64,000 bases of DNA. Origin: Octopus vulgaris. Its lineage: Eukaryota. The stretch lies in contig OX597815.1 of the NCBI GenBank assembly GCA_951406725.2, forward strand, positions 22,692,001 through 22,756,000, read 5' to 3'. How positions within the stretch are numbered: position 1 is the stretch's first letter; each line of letters begins with the position of its first letter. Shown one piece after another: positions 12,570 through 25,340 of this stretch. The position numbers and the translations under genes were made by a program. The notes below the pieces were generated by a model. That model was not told the origin of the DNA, ran no database searches, and saw only the letters and a list, made by a program, of their open reading frames with translations.

Positions 12570-13776
12570 GATTTCTCTTGTGTTTATGCCAGATTTGTTT
12601 GGTGACCTCTTGGCAGATGTCTCCCATAACTGACAGCAGAACAGAAGGATTGTTAGTGCTATTAGCCGGAGAAATAATAACAGGTTTTGTTAGAGCTCCT
12701 GGAGTCTTGTATGCGTAGCGGGCTTGCTACCTGCAGCCTACGGTACCATGCTATCCATTCTTTTCAACTATCTAATACTCTCCTGATTATATAGCCGTAC
12801 CAAGGAGGCAAACTTTTTGTAACAATTCTACTGAGCACTCTATTCCAATTTCTTTTATATTCCTCTTGATGCCTTCTGATACTGTTCCCAAGGACCCAAC
12901 AATAATTGGCACTCTTTTCACCTTCTCCATAGCCGGGCTATTTCGTAATTAAGAGGGGTTGTATTTATCTATCTTTTCGCCTTCCTTCTTGATTATTCGT
13001 GGGTCAAAGGGACATTCAACATCAACTATATAGCATATGTGGTGCATCTTGTCCGCCACCACTAGGTCCGGTCTGATATGCTCTAGCACCTGATCTGTTT
13101 GGATTGGGAAATCCCAAAGGATTTTGCTAGTCTGCAACTCCGTCACTCTCTGCGGTTTGTGCTCATACCACGTCTTGCCTCTCTCTGGCCCCCACCTTTT
13201 GCACAGTTTCTAATGTAGCACTTTCGCTATCTCATCGTGTGGCCACAACTTGTAGTGGTTTGGGGAAGTCTAGAGCATTCGTTAGTGATATGGGCAATGG
13301 TTTCATCCACTCTATTGCAGATGCGGCACAGCGGAAACACTTGCTCATTCCTAAGGTTCATCCTCCAGTTCGTGGCCAAAGCTTGGTCTTGCGCTGCCAG
13401 TATAGTGCTCTCGGTCTCCTTTTTTAGTGTTCCTTTCTTCAGCCAATCCCACCTATTTTTTCCAGCAACTTCTGTTGTGGCTGCATAGAATTGATTGTGT
13501 AGTCCATTCATGAGTAATTCTTCTTCGTATCCTTTTTGCACTTCTTCTTTATTTTTTTATTTTTTCTCTGCTTTCAATACTTCCTTGTTCCTAACTGTCA
13601 CTAGTAAGATTTCCTTACTTTGGGCTAGGTATCTCATTAAGGTCTCGAGTTCGATACGCATGCAGTCTTCCACATTTATCAGTCCTCTTACTCCATTTGT
13701 TCCCTTCATGTATAGGCGGTCAGTGTCCACAGATGGCTGATGGGCACGATGCATCGTTAGAAATTTTCTTTCCGAA

Positions 13777-13778
<2 letters not shown>
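12570..13778 (-). mobile_element. Dong/R4-like RLE LINE 3' part, inserted in (TAA)n
   Basis: DRLYMKGTNGVRGL, ETESTILAAQDQAL, CRICNRVDETIAHITNEC (CCHC) and ILWDFPIQTD...RPDLVV...IVDVECP...K..KY (RLE PD-D/ExK). Confidence 0.9.

Positions 13779-13845
<67 letters not shown>
13779..13845. repeat. (TTA)n microsatellite
   Basis: Read directly. Confidence 0.95.
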
Positions 13846-14137
13846 TTCTTCTTCTTTCAAATTTGCTTCCATTTCTTGCCGAGTGTCTTCCCGACTCCTA
13901 GGGCAAAGAAACTAATAGTATACATTGGTAGGCCATTAAACTACACTCACTAGTTCGTTCATTTTTTTTTTTTAAGTTAAAATACATGGGTAGTAATAGT
14001 TCTCACATCAATAATGCTCTTCTCAATACGTGTGATGTACCAGTTAAGACAATCTTTTGCACTTCTTGCAGGGATGGTAAGCCAGGGATCATTCTCATAT
14101 AATTTTTGGTTCCCTTCTTGATCATTCCTAGAGCTCC

Positions 14138-14138
<1 letters not shown>
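13846..14138 (-). mobile_element. Second Dong/R4-like family, extreme 3' end, in (TAA)n
   Basis: IGALGMIKKG...LQEVQKIVLTGTSHVLRRAL* is a typical RLE C-terminus. Flanked by TTA arrays on both sides. Confidence 0.8.
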
Positions 14139-14192
<54 letters not shown>

Positions 14193-15789
14193 TCCATCTT
14201 ACTGATGGAGAAAGCACGATATTCTCCACCGTTACCATCAATTCCACACGAAAATTAATGCCTTCCTCAAACATTAAATGAGAACACTAAAACTAGCTCA
14301 TATCTGCCTTTTCCCTCTGACCCAGGACTCACAAAAGAAAAGGCCTCGTTAGTAAATGAAGATCCGTTGAAATCGCACCAAAAGGCCTTTGTCGGGTATA
14401 AGAGGAAGACTGAAACTCAAATAAATAGAGGCCGGCCCAAATTGAAACTCTTAAGACAAGACGGTAATATAGAAAATCCGTCACAAAACCAAATACCAAA
14501 AGCATCAACACCAACATCAACACCGTCATCACAAAAAATAACTTTTACAAACACTTTCTCAACCATAAATGAATAAAAAAAGTCATGAAAATACAAAGAA
14601 ATATCCGAACAACAAAACGACCAAGTCATACACTCGTATACTTACTTCCTTCATCAACTTCACTGTTGTTTAGAAGGGCAACATTGAGATGATTGAGGGA
14701 GTAATTAACAACAAAAACATCCTGGTAAGTGGGGGAGGTTTTGCTGAACTCCTCCCAAAATCACCATCAGACAGAAAGTTAATTCAAACCGATATGAATA
14801 CGTATCTGGATCTCAAACAGAAAATCCACCCAGGACATTGGACGGTTTATAAAATATCCCCAAAATAGCTTCCTATCAAAACCTTTCTTCATTCCCCACC
14901 CCTGAGCCAAAAATAAGCCTATTTCAGCAGTCTATTTTCAGCCTATTTACGAAGACGAAGATAGATAACTTGTTTTTTGTTTTTGTTTTTTTTTTCTTGG
15001 AGATGAAGGTAAAAAATATTTTTCTTTTCTTTAACTTAGATGGCTATACTTAGAGTAGGCTGCATAAATGGTCGGGGCCTGGGCTGTTTGGATGCAGGGT
15101 TATTTACTAAACTACCTCAGGTCGCTTGATTTAGATGTGGCTGCCATTAGCGAGACGTGAATTTCTAGGAAGCATGCTATAGCATCCATTTTCGATGACT
15201 ACGAGATATTCTCATTTTGTCATCTGTCAGGAGCGGTGTATCAGTGCTATTCCGAAAGTCTTTAGGTCTCAAAGTACGAGCAATCTTCTTGAATCCAGAT
15301 TGTAGGTTAGTGGTCCTAGATGTGAATGATAGTGAAGGTGGCGCCTTTATGCCCCAACAGGGGTTGGCAGGCCAGATTTCTTCAGGCGTCTAGAAGTATT
15401 GCTGGGAACGTCTCGAAAGTGGAATCAAGACTATAACAAATAGCAAAAACGATCAAGAATCTCCCTGGAAGATACCTCTTTTGATCGTTACCTCAGGTAA
15501 GTGATGGTTGTTACAGAAAAGACGTGTTTTCCAACTAGGGATGCTCTTCTTAATCAGTGCACACACGTTCTTAGCACTAATTACAAAACTTCAGGCCTTG
15601 TGACTATATTAGAAAAGATTATTATTATTATTATAAGTAGTAGTAGTAGTAGTAGTTGTTGTTGTTGTTGTTGTAGTGTTATTATTATCTTCATCATCAT
15701 CATCATCATATACTTTTAATTTATTGAGCATTTTTCTAAGAGATTTTCCTTATTGGAATATGTATAAGGGATGCGCGCGCTGGTGTGTG

Positions 15790-15886
<97 letters not shown>

Positions 15887-16371
15887 CAGTGTGTGTGTGT
15901 GTAAGAGGTTTTCGCCTCAATTTGAACCTGAACTCTGAAAAAGTTTTATAAACAACACACAGATTCATGCAAATAGAGTAACGACGTCATTAAAAACCTA
16001 ATTGCGCTTAACGACATCATATCAAAACGTTAGACTAACGTCAGCAAAATTTTAGCGAATCTGAGGTGGATCAAAAATCAGTCAAGCTTTGATTAAACCA
16101 ATCACAACTTATGACAGAGGAGCAAAATACAGATTGATGGCCGGATATAACTGGACAGACAGACTTAGTCAAGCGTTAAGTTAGGCCAAGTTCAATATCA
16201 TTTCTTATTCGACAATTAGACTGGTCATCATGAACATTCTGCAACACCCAACGACCAAACTACTACTAAATTAAAAAATAAACCATGTCTGGAGATACTC
16301 GTATTTATCCATTCATTCATCCTCTCTCTCAATCTGTCTCTCTATATGTGTGTGTGTATATATATATATAT

Positions 16372-16596
16372 ATTTCTTTACTACCCACAAGGAGCTAAAC
16401 ACAGAGGGGACAAACAAGGACAGACAAACGGATTAAGTCGATTACATCGACCCCAGTGAACTGGTACTTAATTTATCGACCCCGAAAGAATAAAAGGCAA
16501 AGTCGACCTCGGCGGAATTTGAACCCAGAACGTAACTGCAGACGAAATACGGCTACGCATTTCGCCCGGCGTGCTAACGTTTCTGCCAGCTCGCCA
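16372..16596 (-). mobile_element. SINE family A
   Basis: Near-identical to 2481-2710. Confidence 0.9.
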
Positions 16597-16625
16597 TGTG
16601 TGTATATTTACATATATATTTATAT

Positions 16626-16762
16626 ATCTATAAAATAATATGTTACAATTACTCAATAGTCAAGATAAAACTCTGAGTTTCAGATGCCGAAGTGGAAATC
16701 CACAACACCATCTCTTCGGTTATCTTGACTGTTGAGTAATTGTAACATATTATTTTATAGAT
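16626..16762 (-). ncRNA. Long hairpin enclosing a hammerhead-like motif
   Basis: About 43-bp inverted arms. The loop on the minus strand reads gataa-CCGAAGA-GATG...CATC-T-GAAA-CTCAGAG-TT-ttatc. Confidence 0.5.
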
Positions 16763-16869
16763 AAATTTCCTCTATTTACATAATATTGAGGTCTCTTTCT
16801 TTCTTTTGTTATCTTACCGTTTTTACCAATATATATTTATATATATATATTATTTGGTTAATGAGAGAC

Positions 16870-17267
16870 GGAAGGTGGAAGATACGAGAGTTTTCATTAA
16901 TCACATCTAGTATCGATCCCTCACGGGTGAGATACTTAAAAATTGGTTTAGAAGCGTCCGACGGTGCAGATGTCCCTCTTCGGGGTGATAAACAGATACA
17001 ACTCGTTAAAATAACAGTTCTACAATGTATCTTCTCAGTTATATATGAAATTATATCCTTTAATTTGCCGCTTTTCTTCACAAGAACTGAGAAGACCCAT
17101 TGGAGAACTGTTATTTTAATGAGTTGTATCTGTTTATCACCCCAAGAGACATATCTGCACCGTCGGATGCTCCTGAACCAGTTGTTAAGTATCCCACCCG
17201 TGAGGGATCGATGCTAGATATCTCGAAACAATTGTAGTGGTTAATAAAAACTCTCGTATCTTCCATC
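16870..17267. mobile_element. Imperfect palindromic element with a hammerhead-like motif in the right arm
   Basis: About 16875-17021 is the inverse of about 17104-17267. Motif at 17194-17240 reads ccac-CCGTGA-GGGAT...ATCTC-GAAA-CAATTGT-A-gtgg. Confidence 0.6.
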
Positions 17268-17358
17268 GTTCTAACTACCTTTGTCCAGCCAGACGCCATG
17301 ATTGACCGCCAGCTCCAAAAGTTTTTTTCATTCTCTCTCTGTTTATTTCCTCATGTTC

Positions 17359-17394
17359 CTTTCAGATGAAGAGCGTAGGCTCGAAACGTAAAAG
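17359..17394 (+). ncRNA. Hammerhead-like motif (extra-A core variant)
   Basis: cttt-CAGATGA-A-GAGC(gtag)GCTC-GAAA-CGT-A-aaag. Confidence 0.5.
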
Positions 17395-17480
17395 ACTTTC
17401 TCACCTCCCCGAGCGTTAAACTAATACACCTTTTTGTTGTTTATATGCCTGTCTTCGCCTTTTGATTTTCTGTAAATTTC

Positions 17481-17534
<54 letters not shown>

Positions 17535-17587
17535 GTTTAAATATTTGTTGTGCAAGATATTTTATGTGAAGTCGTGTGTTGAAACAG

Positions 17588-17862
17588 ATATTGTCATATT
17601 TCGGAATGGTCATTTTGCCAGTTTAGCCAATAAAAACACACGCACTATATATTTGGTGTTATTTTGCTTCAGTGATATTTATTTTTTTTTTTTTACTTTA
17701 ATCTTAATCTTATTTCGGCCAGAGTTCTTTCGTCACATTCCTGTGACCGCATCAGTGGTCCTTTGTTTTCTTCTTTCTTATTTGTTTGTGTCTCTCCTTA
17801 CTAACCGTCAGCCATTTTATTGGCTAAACTGGCAATATGACCATTCCGAAATATAACAATAT
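17588..17862 (-). mobile_element. Element with ~48-bp inverted repeats and an internal hammerhead-like motif (17717-17761)
   Basis: tattgtcatatttcggaatggtcattttgccagtttagccaataaaa is the inverse of ttttattggctaaactggcaatatgaccattccgaaatataacaata. Internal minus strand reads cca-CTGATGC-G-GTCACA(ggaa)TGTGAC-GAAA-GAAC-TC-tgg. Confidence 0.6.
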
Positions 17863-17874
17863 ATATATATATAT

Positions 17875-17905
<31 letters not shown>

Positions 17906-18539
17906 CATACATACCTATATCAGCATGGCCGTACTCTTATGTCTGAAACAAGTAAAAGCGCATACATACGTACGTGTATACGATATGACATGATATATGT
18001 GTGTCTGATATATTATGCTATAAGCTAGAAACAGCCATTCATAGGTCGGTTTAACTGTTACTCATCCATGTGTCACATCGTTGTTTTGTTTTGAAGTTTC
18101 TGTATATTTGGTTACGGTTCAGTGTTTGCTTCATTTCTGACATCCTGGGTTTCTAGCTTCGGTTCGGTTGTTTTATGACCTGCTTTATTATTTTGCTTAT
18201 ATAATTCTGCTGAATCTGTCTCCTGTTTTTTTTTATACCAATAGTTCGCTAGTTGCCACTTACAGCATTTTTGAAACACTTTATTTCATTTCGCTTCGGT
18301 ATTTCTTATTCTGTCTTCATTTTTGCCCATTGCTTCAATAGTTCAACTGAAGTTGTCATGCACAACAAATTTATTAATCGAATTGGTGCCAATAAGCGTT
18401 GTATGAGAAAATCGGCTTATCCAGTTTAATTTGACACTGAATAAACAGCGGCCAGAGATATTCTAAAAAGGGTACTCAGTCACTAATGTTAAAAAAAGTA
18501 CCCATCCAGTGTTTCCTTTCTTTCGCCTCTCCCATACCT

Positions 18540-18733
18540 ATTTCTTTATTACCCATAAGGGGACAAACAAGTACAGACATAGGTATTAAGTCGATTACAT
18601 CGACCCCAGTGCGTAACTGGTACTTAATTTATCGACCCCGAAAGGATGAAAGGCAAAGTCGAACTCGGCGGAATTTGAACTCACAACGTAAGCATTTCAC
18701 CCGGCGTGCTAACGTTTCTGCCAGCTCGCCGCC
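18540..18733 (-). mobile_element. SINE family A with internal deletions and TSD
   Basis: Homologous to 2481-2710, flanked by a repeated ctctcccatacct. Confidence 0.88.
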
Positions 18734-19697
18734 TCTCCCATACCTTCTCTGCTTCTGTTGACTCATTGTTAAGGCTCGATGTATTGTGAAGCCAATAGAA
18801 AGCATTCCAGTCTTCGTGTGCTATGTGCTCCTATAGTTACAGTAATCAATTTATTTTTCATAGATTCTTTTCTTTTTTCCCCCAACTTTCCAATGTACCG
18901 GTTAGACTTCAGGGACTCTGTAGAGTAACAGAGAACCAGATCAGCCGAAATAAATGCAAATATGTGTGCGAGTATGTATATGTGCTTTTGTGTAAACCGA
19001 TCTAAAACTTAGTGGTTTATATTGTGTTCCCTTTATCTTGCACATTAGGGTTTCAAAAATCTGAGATTGATAAAAAAAAAAGTGCACTCATTAAAATAAG
19101 TATTAGGTTGATTATAACTGATAAAAGTATTGAAGGCGGTGTCCCACCATAGCAAACTAATGACTGTGTGAAACCAATAAAAGAATAAAGGAATGAATCG
19201 GCTACGTTGAAGGGACCAGGCATAGAGCTTTCTCATCTACCTCTTTACATCCTCTTTACAGCACTCACTCTGTGAATTCACTAATAAGAAAGACAGGAAA
19301 AAGAAGAAAAAAGAAAAAAAGCTTGATGGTCACACGCCCACGCAGTGTGGAGTGTTGAGTTTGTAAATATAAAATCAAAGTTAATATTTTTAAAATTCAA
19401 TTCGTTATAATACGAATTGTGAGTACGAAGAGTTCTTGAGAAAAGTATTTTAAAAAATGATGTGTGCGCATGCGTATATGTGTGCATGTCTGTATGTGTC
19501 TGTGTAGTGTGTGTGTATATGTGTATAAAGAGAGAGAGAGAGAGAGAGAGAGCTAGCTAGCTAGATAGATAGATAGATATATAGATAGATAGATAGATAC
19601 ATACATACATACATACATACATACATACATACATACATACATACATACATACATACATACATACATACATACATACATACATACATACATACAAACA

Positions 19698-19728
<31 letters not shown>

Positions 19729-20843
19729 GAGTATCTCGGTAACACCTTAAAGCATGCCTATACATTCGATCTGTACACAGAAATACTACTAGTACAATTA
19801 TGCTAAAGATGCCGGATCGGTGCACTCAACACTCTGTGGTAAATTACACTGAAAGTGCTAAACTGTACGCGATATGATTTTTGCATTGGATTATACATCT
19901 ATTTAAGTATATGCGCATTTGTTGAATATAAAAGTAACTGGCCTTGCGGTCATCGAAGCGGGAAAGAAGTAGTTTATGCACCTAAATAAAATACTCTAAC
20001 ACCTGGACGTTTTAATGCAGTATATCGATTTCATCCAGGCGTGACTTCACGTTGACTAAACATAGCGCCTGTCAGTTATCAGGTAGCTATGGAAACAATG
20101 GAGCAAGGCAGACATCCCAATGACACCTCAATGTGCCATAAAATTATCTTTGGAATATTCATTTGTCCTTGATTTTAGTAATTACTCATCCAGCTTGTGA
20201 CAGGTGATTACTGATATAGTGAATGGCTAACGAATGATTCTTGGCAAAATCAGATGGTCGGTGTGACCATCACCAGAAAAATCGGTTCGATGAATAATTA
20301 ATGTTTATGAGGTAAATCGCCCACAGTGTACAAATGCTACTTCTTTGTAAGTGTCTGTTCGGAAATTTTAAACCTCTCATTATTGCTATCCTCTGTAAAG
20401 TTGATTGTATTTGATGATATATTATTCTTAGTCACAACTTTTGGACACATTTAAAGAAAGTTGAATTTAGAGTAAGATTATGCAGTCAAAATGGATTTTG
20501 AGGAATTGAAAGTTCATATATTTTGAGAGTAAAAGAGATTAATGTACTTCTGAAAATGATTGGTTTCGTGCAATGTTTGGTGTGTGGTTTATTGAGAGAA
20601 GGAATGGTAATGGTGAAAAATAGATAAATAGGGTGTTAAGATTAAAGTTGAATGACGTAAAACTGAATGAATTTAGATTTATTTTTCATAGAATTGATGT
20701 CTTTCTGTCCTTGATCTATCAAAGAACAGCTGCAACCAAACCTAAAACACTTGGCATTGTGAAATTAGATCTTCCAGACTAAGGTCACTTCCTACTAGTT
20801 TTACTCAGAACCAACTACCACTATTCTGTTCATCACTATGTTT

Positions 20844-20974
20844 TACTTAACATATTTCAATCAGCCTCGAATTTTATCATGTTAAGGGCGAAATAAGGGT
20901 GAAGTATTTATTGCTCAAGAAGGTCCCTCTCATTAAAATGTGTCACTATATATTTAGATATGTATTTATGCATA

Positions 20975-21042
<68 letters not shown>

Positions 21043-21310
21043 CATACATTGGCCTGCTCGCTTAGCCAGTGGTGTGACGTCATTTGAAGGCTAAAACAAT
21101 GCGAAGCGCATTGTGACCAGCGATATGTAGCAACATCTGATAGCCTGGTCGGTGACGGTGATATATACATATATATATATATGCATACATACATATCTAA
21201 ATATATAGTGACACATTTTAATGATAGGAACCTTCTTGAACAATAAATATTTCACCCTTATTTCGTCCTTAACATGATAAAATTCGAGGCTGATTGAAAT
21301 ATGTTAAGTA
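20844..21310. repeat. About 135-bp inverted repeat pair enclosing (TA)n and a short insert
   Basis: 20844-20980 is the reverse complement of about 21179-21310 with a few mismatches. Confidence 0.8.
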
Positions 21311-21414
21311 TATATATATCAAAAGGATGTGTTATAATACTATTCCACAGCCACACCAACAATCCAGCATACCTCCATCATCAGCTGCCCCACGGATATC
21401 ATTATATAAAGAGA

Positions 21415-21456
<42 letters not shown>

Positions 21457-21899
21457 TACAGATAAATACAATAGGGCTTGATCATATATACATACAACCC
21501 CCACACACCCCCACTCGCGCACACCAACACGCACGCGCGCATGCGCACACTCACACATAGATACATACAAACATATATATATATATATACATATATATAT
21601 GCGCGCGCGCGCAAAGCGAATGTACACGAAGTACGATCATTGCTGGAAATAGCAGCCGGTAAGTTATCTGCACTATGTAGAGCTTCACTGACCGTTTACA
21701 GGCAGAGATGTTTGCGAGCGATGAATATAGGAAAATTCTTGTCTTACCTCTACGGAGGCTGCTAGAGGAATGAAGGATAATTCCATACTGCAGTTTCAGA
21801 TTTTTCGGATCACGTGCGTAGGCGTGAATCTGATTGGTCATCTTCACTTGGATCATGCAAGAGATATAAATATTATCAAAAATAATATTACAATCCAGC

Positions 21900-22278
21900 A
21901 AGAATCGTAGCACTCCGTAGTTACGACAACGAGGGTCCAGTTGATCCGATCAACGGAACAGCCTGCTCGTGGAATTAACGTGCAAGTGACTGAGCACTCC
22001 ACAGACACGTGTACCCTTAACGTAGTTGTCGGATAGATTCAGCGTGACACAGAGTGTAACAAGGCTGGCCCTTCGAAATACAGATACAACAGAAACAAGA
22101 AGTGTGAGAGAAAGTTGTGGTGAATAAGTACAGCAGGGTTCGCCACCACCAGCTGCCGGATTCTCGTGGGGCTTTAGGTGTTTTCGCTAAATAAAAACTC
22201 ACAACGCCCGGTCTGAGAATCAAAACCGTGATCCTCCGACCGTAAGTCCGCTGCCCTAACCATTGGGGCATTGCGCCT
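21900..22278 (-). mobile_element. tRNA-derived SINE, family B
   Basis: Minus-strand head GAGGCGCAATGCCCCAATGGTTAGGGCAGCGGACTT...GGTTTTGATTC. Shares gtgagagaaagttgtgg with 33965-34275. Confidence 0.75.
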
Positions 22279-22407
22279 CATCTACTATACAGCAAGAATA
22301 AAGTACCATAAAAGGTAGAATTATAAATACCTTTTATGGTGCTTTGTTCTTGCTGGATAGTAAAATTATTTTTAATAATATCAATATCTCTTGCTTGTAT
22401 ATGTGTA

Positions 22408-22461
<54 letters not shown>

Positions 22462-23440
22462 TACATACTAATATATGTACGTAGAGCATAAAGAATACAG
22501 AATGATGAAAAGAGAGTACATAATTTCTTAACTCGACAGCTGTTTCAAGAAGCTCGGAGTTATTAATTATCGGAATATATTCATAATTTGAGGATAGAAT
22601 ATGCAAAAATCTTGGGTATACAACCCGTATACAGTCATGCGATGATATTACAATGAGTCCGACTTCCTTCATCAAGAGTATGTTGGCAAAAGCACTTCCA
22701 GAGACTTAAAGGTTGAAAAGAGAGAGGAGGAAGAATGAGAACAAAAGGCAAGGAGAGGGGGAGAATGTAAGCAGCATAAGAAGGAGGAACAGAAGTAGAG
22801 AAGAGGAAATGAAAGACAGGGAGACAGAGGAGAATTTCTATGACATGGGGGAATGAACAGAGGAAGAATAGATAAAACAGAGAGAGGAGGGGAGAACGTA
22901 ACGTTGAGGTCAGTATGGTGAAAGGGAGCTCCACTCGTGATTAGGGAATCTCACGAAGCAGACAATAAACCAGTTGCGAATTGTAGCTGATCGTATACAG
23001 AGATAGGAGTAGAATGGCATAGTCCATTAAAATGTCCTACTTTCCAGTACCAGTTCATTTTTTTACAGTGTGAAAAAAGGTACTGTGGAAAAGTTTATCA
23101 ATGGATGTATTCGGATCGTCGAGTAGCCGTTTTATATAAAGAGTTTCAGCCATGACAACCCCGTTTATTTGTATATCAAGAACTACTTTAATCAATGTAT
23201 CTCTTTTTAAGTTTGGGGGTTGAGGAAGATTTACTTGCTAATTCGTAGCAGGCCACACGATTTTCGTAATATTGTTTGTTTTTTTTAAGAATTCTATAAG
23301 CCCTCTCACTACTTTATATCCCTGCTATCGTTAAACAAAAATCTTGAATAACTGTTTTACCTCTATGCATTCAAAGTTCAGTTTCTGCAGAAGTCTGCTT
23401 TGCTTTCGTCTTTCTGGAAGGGATAAAGCACTAGGACGAT

Positions 23441-23525
<85 letters not shown>

Positions 23526-24062
23526 AATCAAATTAGTTATGCTATGTGACAGCTTTAGACGACACTACTCGCAGTGTCTCTTTTCTCGAGAAGTAAAGAA
23601 TTAAGCTAAGGATTAGAAACGTCCTTTTATTTAGCATACTACAAAACAGTCCTAAGAAACCAGGAGCTGCATGGAGTGATTTAAGGTAAAGTAATGTAAA
23701 ATTGCACAGTCAGCTAAATCTGCATAAACATGTTTACGCATTTTCAAATGATTGAGCGACCACTTATACTGAGAGGTTGCCAACTCAACAAATATAAATG
23801 GAATAAATAATATATTTTTCTCTGAAGTTTAAGGTTTGTTCTTTTAAAGAAGCTGCACCAAATGAAGAGATATTCTGTTCTGTTATGGCTCGAAAAAGTA
23901 TCACTGCGTTGTTATTGTTTTTTCTATGTTTACATTCTTGTTTTTTTTTTTTCAATTTTAAAACAGTCATAGTACAGAAATATCAGATATATTACTTCAG
24001 ATATCTGGTTCACTTCTACTGTTACAATGAACAGAGCAAGGTGTTAAACTATTTAGAAATAA

Positions 24063-24294
24063 GGCGGCGAGCTGGCAGACATGTTAGCGCGCCAGGCGAA
24101 ATGCTTAGCAGTATTTCGTCTGTCGTTACGTTGTGAGTTCAAATTCCGCCGAGGTCGACTTTGCCTTTCATCCTTTCGGGGTCGATAAATAAAGTACCAG
24201 TTTCGCACTGAGGGTCGATGTAATCGACTTAATCCGTTTGTCTCTCCTTGTTTGTCCCCTCTATGTTTAGCCCCTTGTGGGCAATAAAGAAATA
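24063..24294 (+). mobile_element. SINE family A with TSD tatttagaaataa
   Basis: Full-length copy with a direct repeat on both sides. Confidence 0.9.
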
Positions 24295-25267
24295 TATTTA
24301 GAAATAAACAAATAAATGAAATTCTTTTGCATAACTGTTTTGCTAATCCTATTCTTGCTCTTTCTGATAAACAATGGGGTTACAATTCACATCATTCATT
24401 GGGACGATCTAAAGCAAATAATTCTAAATTTAAATCTAAAAGCATGTGCTTCTTATATTAAGGAAATATAATGAGAGTATAATGTACAGGAGTTCCAATT
24501 TCGTTAAATGTCTTAAACGAGTTCTTGAACAAGATGATTATCTTTAATTGTTTTCACCTAGAATGATGAGCATTACCGGACTGGTATAGTCACAGAAATA
24601 TCTTGATAGTTAGAACTGAAAATTAATATCAAAACTTTATAGCTTGATATTGTTTCACATATATAACTACCTGTCGTTACTGCTGCTATCTTTGTAATCA
24701 TTCAACTATAACAATTCGAATAGCCAGCAACCGTATCAAATAGTGACATGTTTGCTGATTGCTAGAGTTGATTAATGCATTTTTTATTCAACACATTAGT
24801 AAATGCGATGAAGTCTTCAAAGAGTGGCAGAAAGGATACATTGTCTTTGCCTAGGAAAGCAAAACAAGTTCTCAACAAAAGCCCACTTTTTCCGTTTATT
24901 GATCCAAAAATGACGCATCTATGAATCATGATCACATCCTCCCTCAAGTAATGGTTACTTGCACACATCATCCATGTACCCACTTTTACAGCTTGTTAAG
25001 AGTTTGAACACCAATTCCTGTTGCCTTTCGAGAGTGTTTAAGCAGTTGGCCAAGTTGCCGCAAAAAAAAAGTCCAATAGCATTTACGAAGACTATCATAT
25101 TTAGCCGTAGATCACGCAGCAACATTCAACAATACCGTTTTAGTTTCTACTATTCCATTCCCCTTAATAGGAAACTAGTTACTTTCAAATGTCAGAACAA
25201 ATCATAATTTGTTTTATTAAGCGTTAGGATAATTGTGTCAAAGCTCCCATACGCGCGCGCACACACA

Positions 25268-25340
<73 letters not shown>

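Noticed and set aside
14220-15620. Possible LINE ORF remnants between TAA arrays
   Set aside because: No diagnostic motif could be read with confidence.
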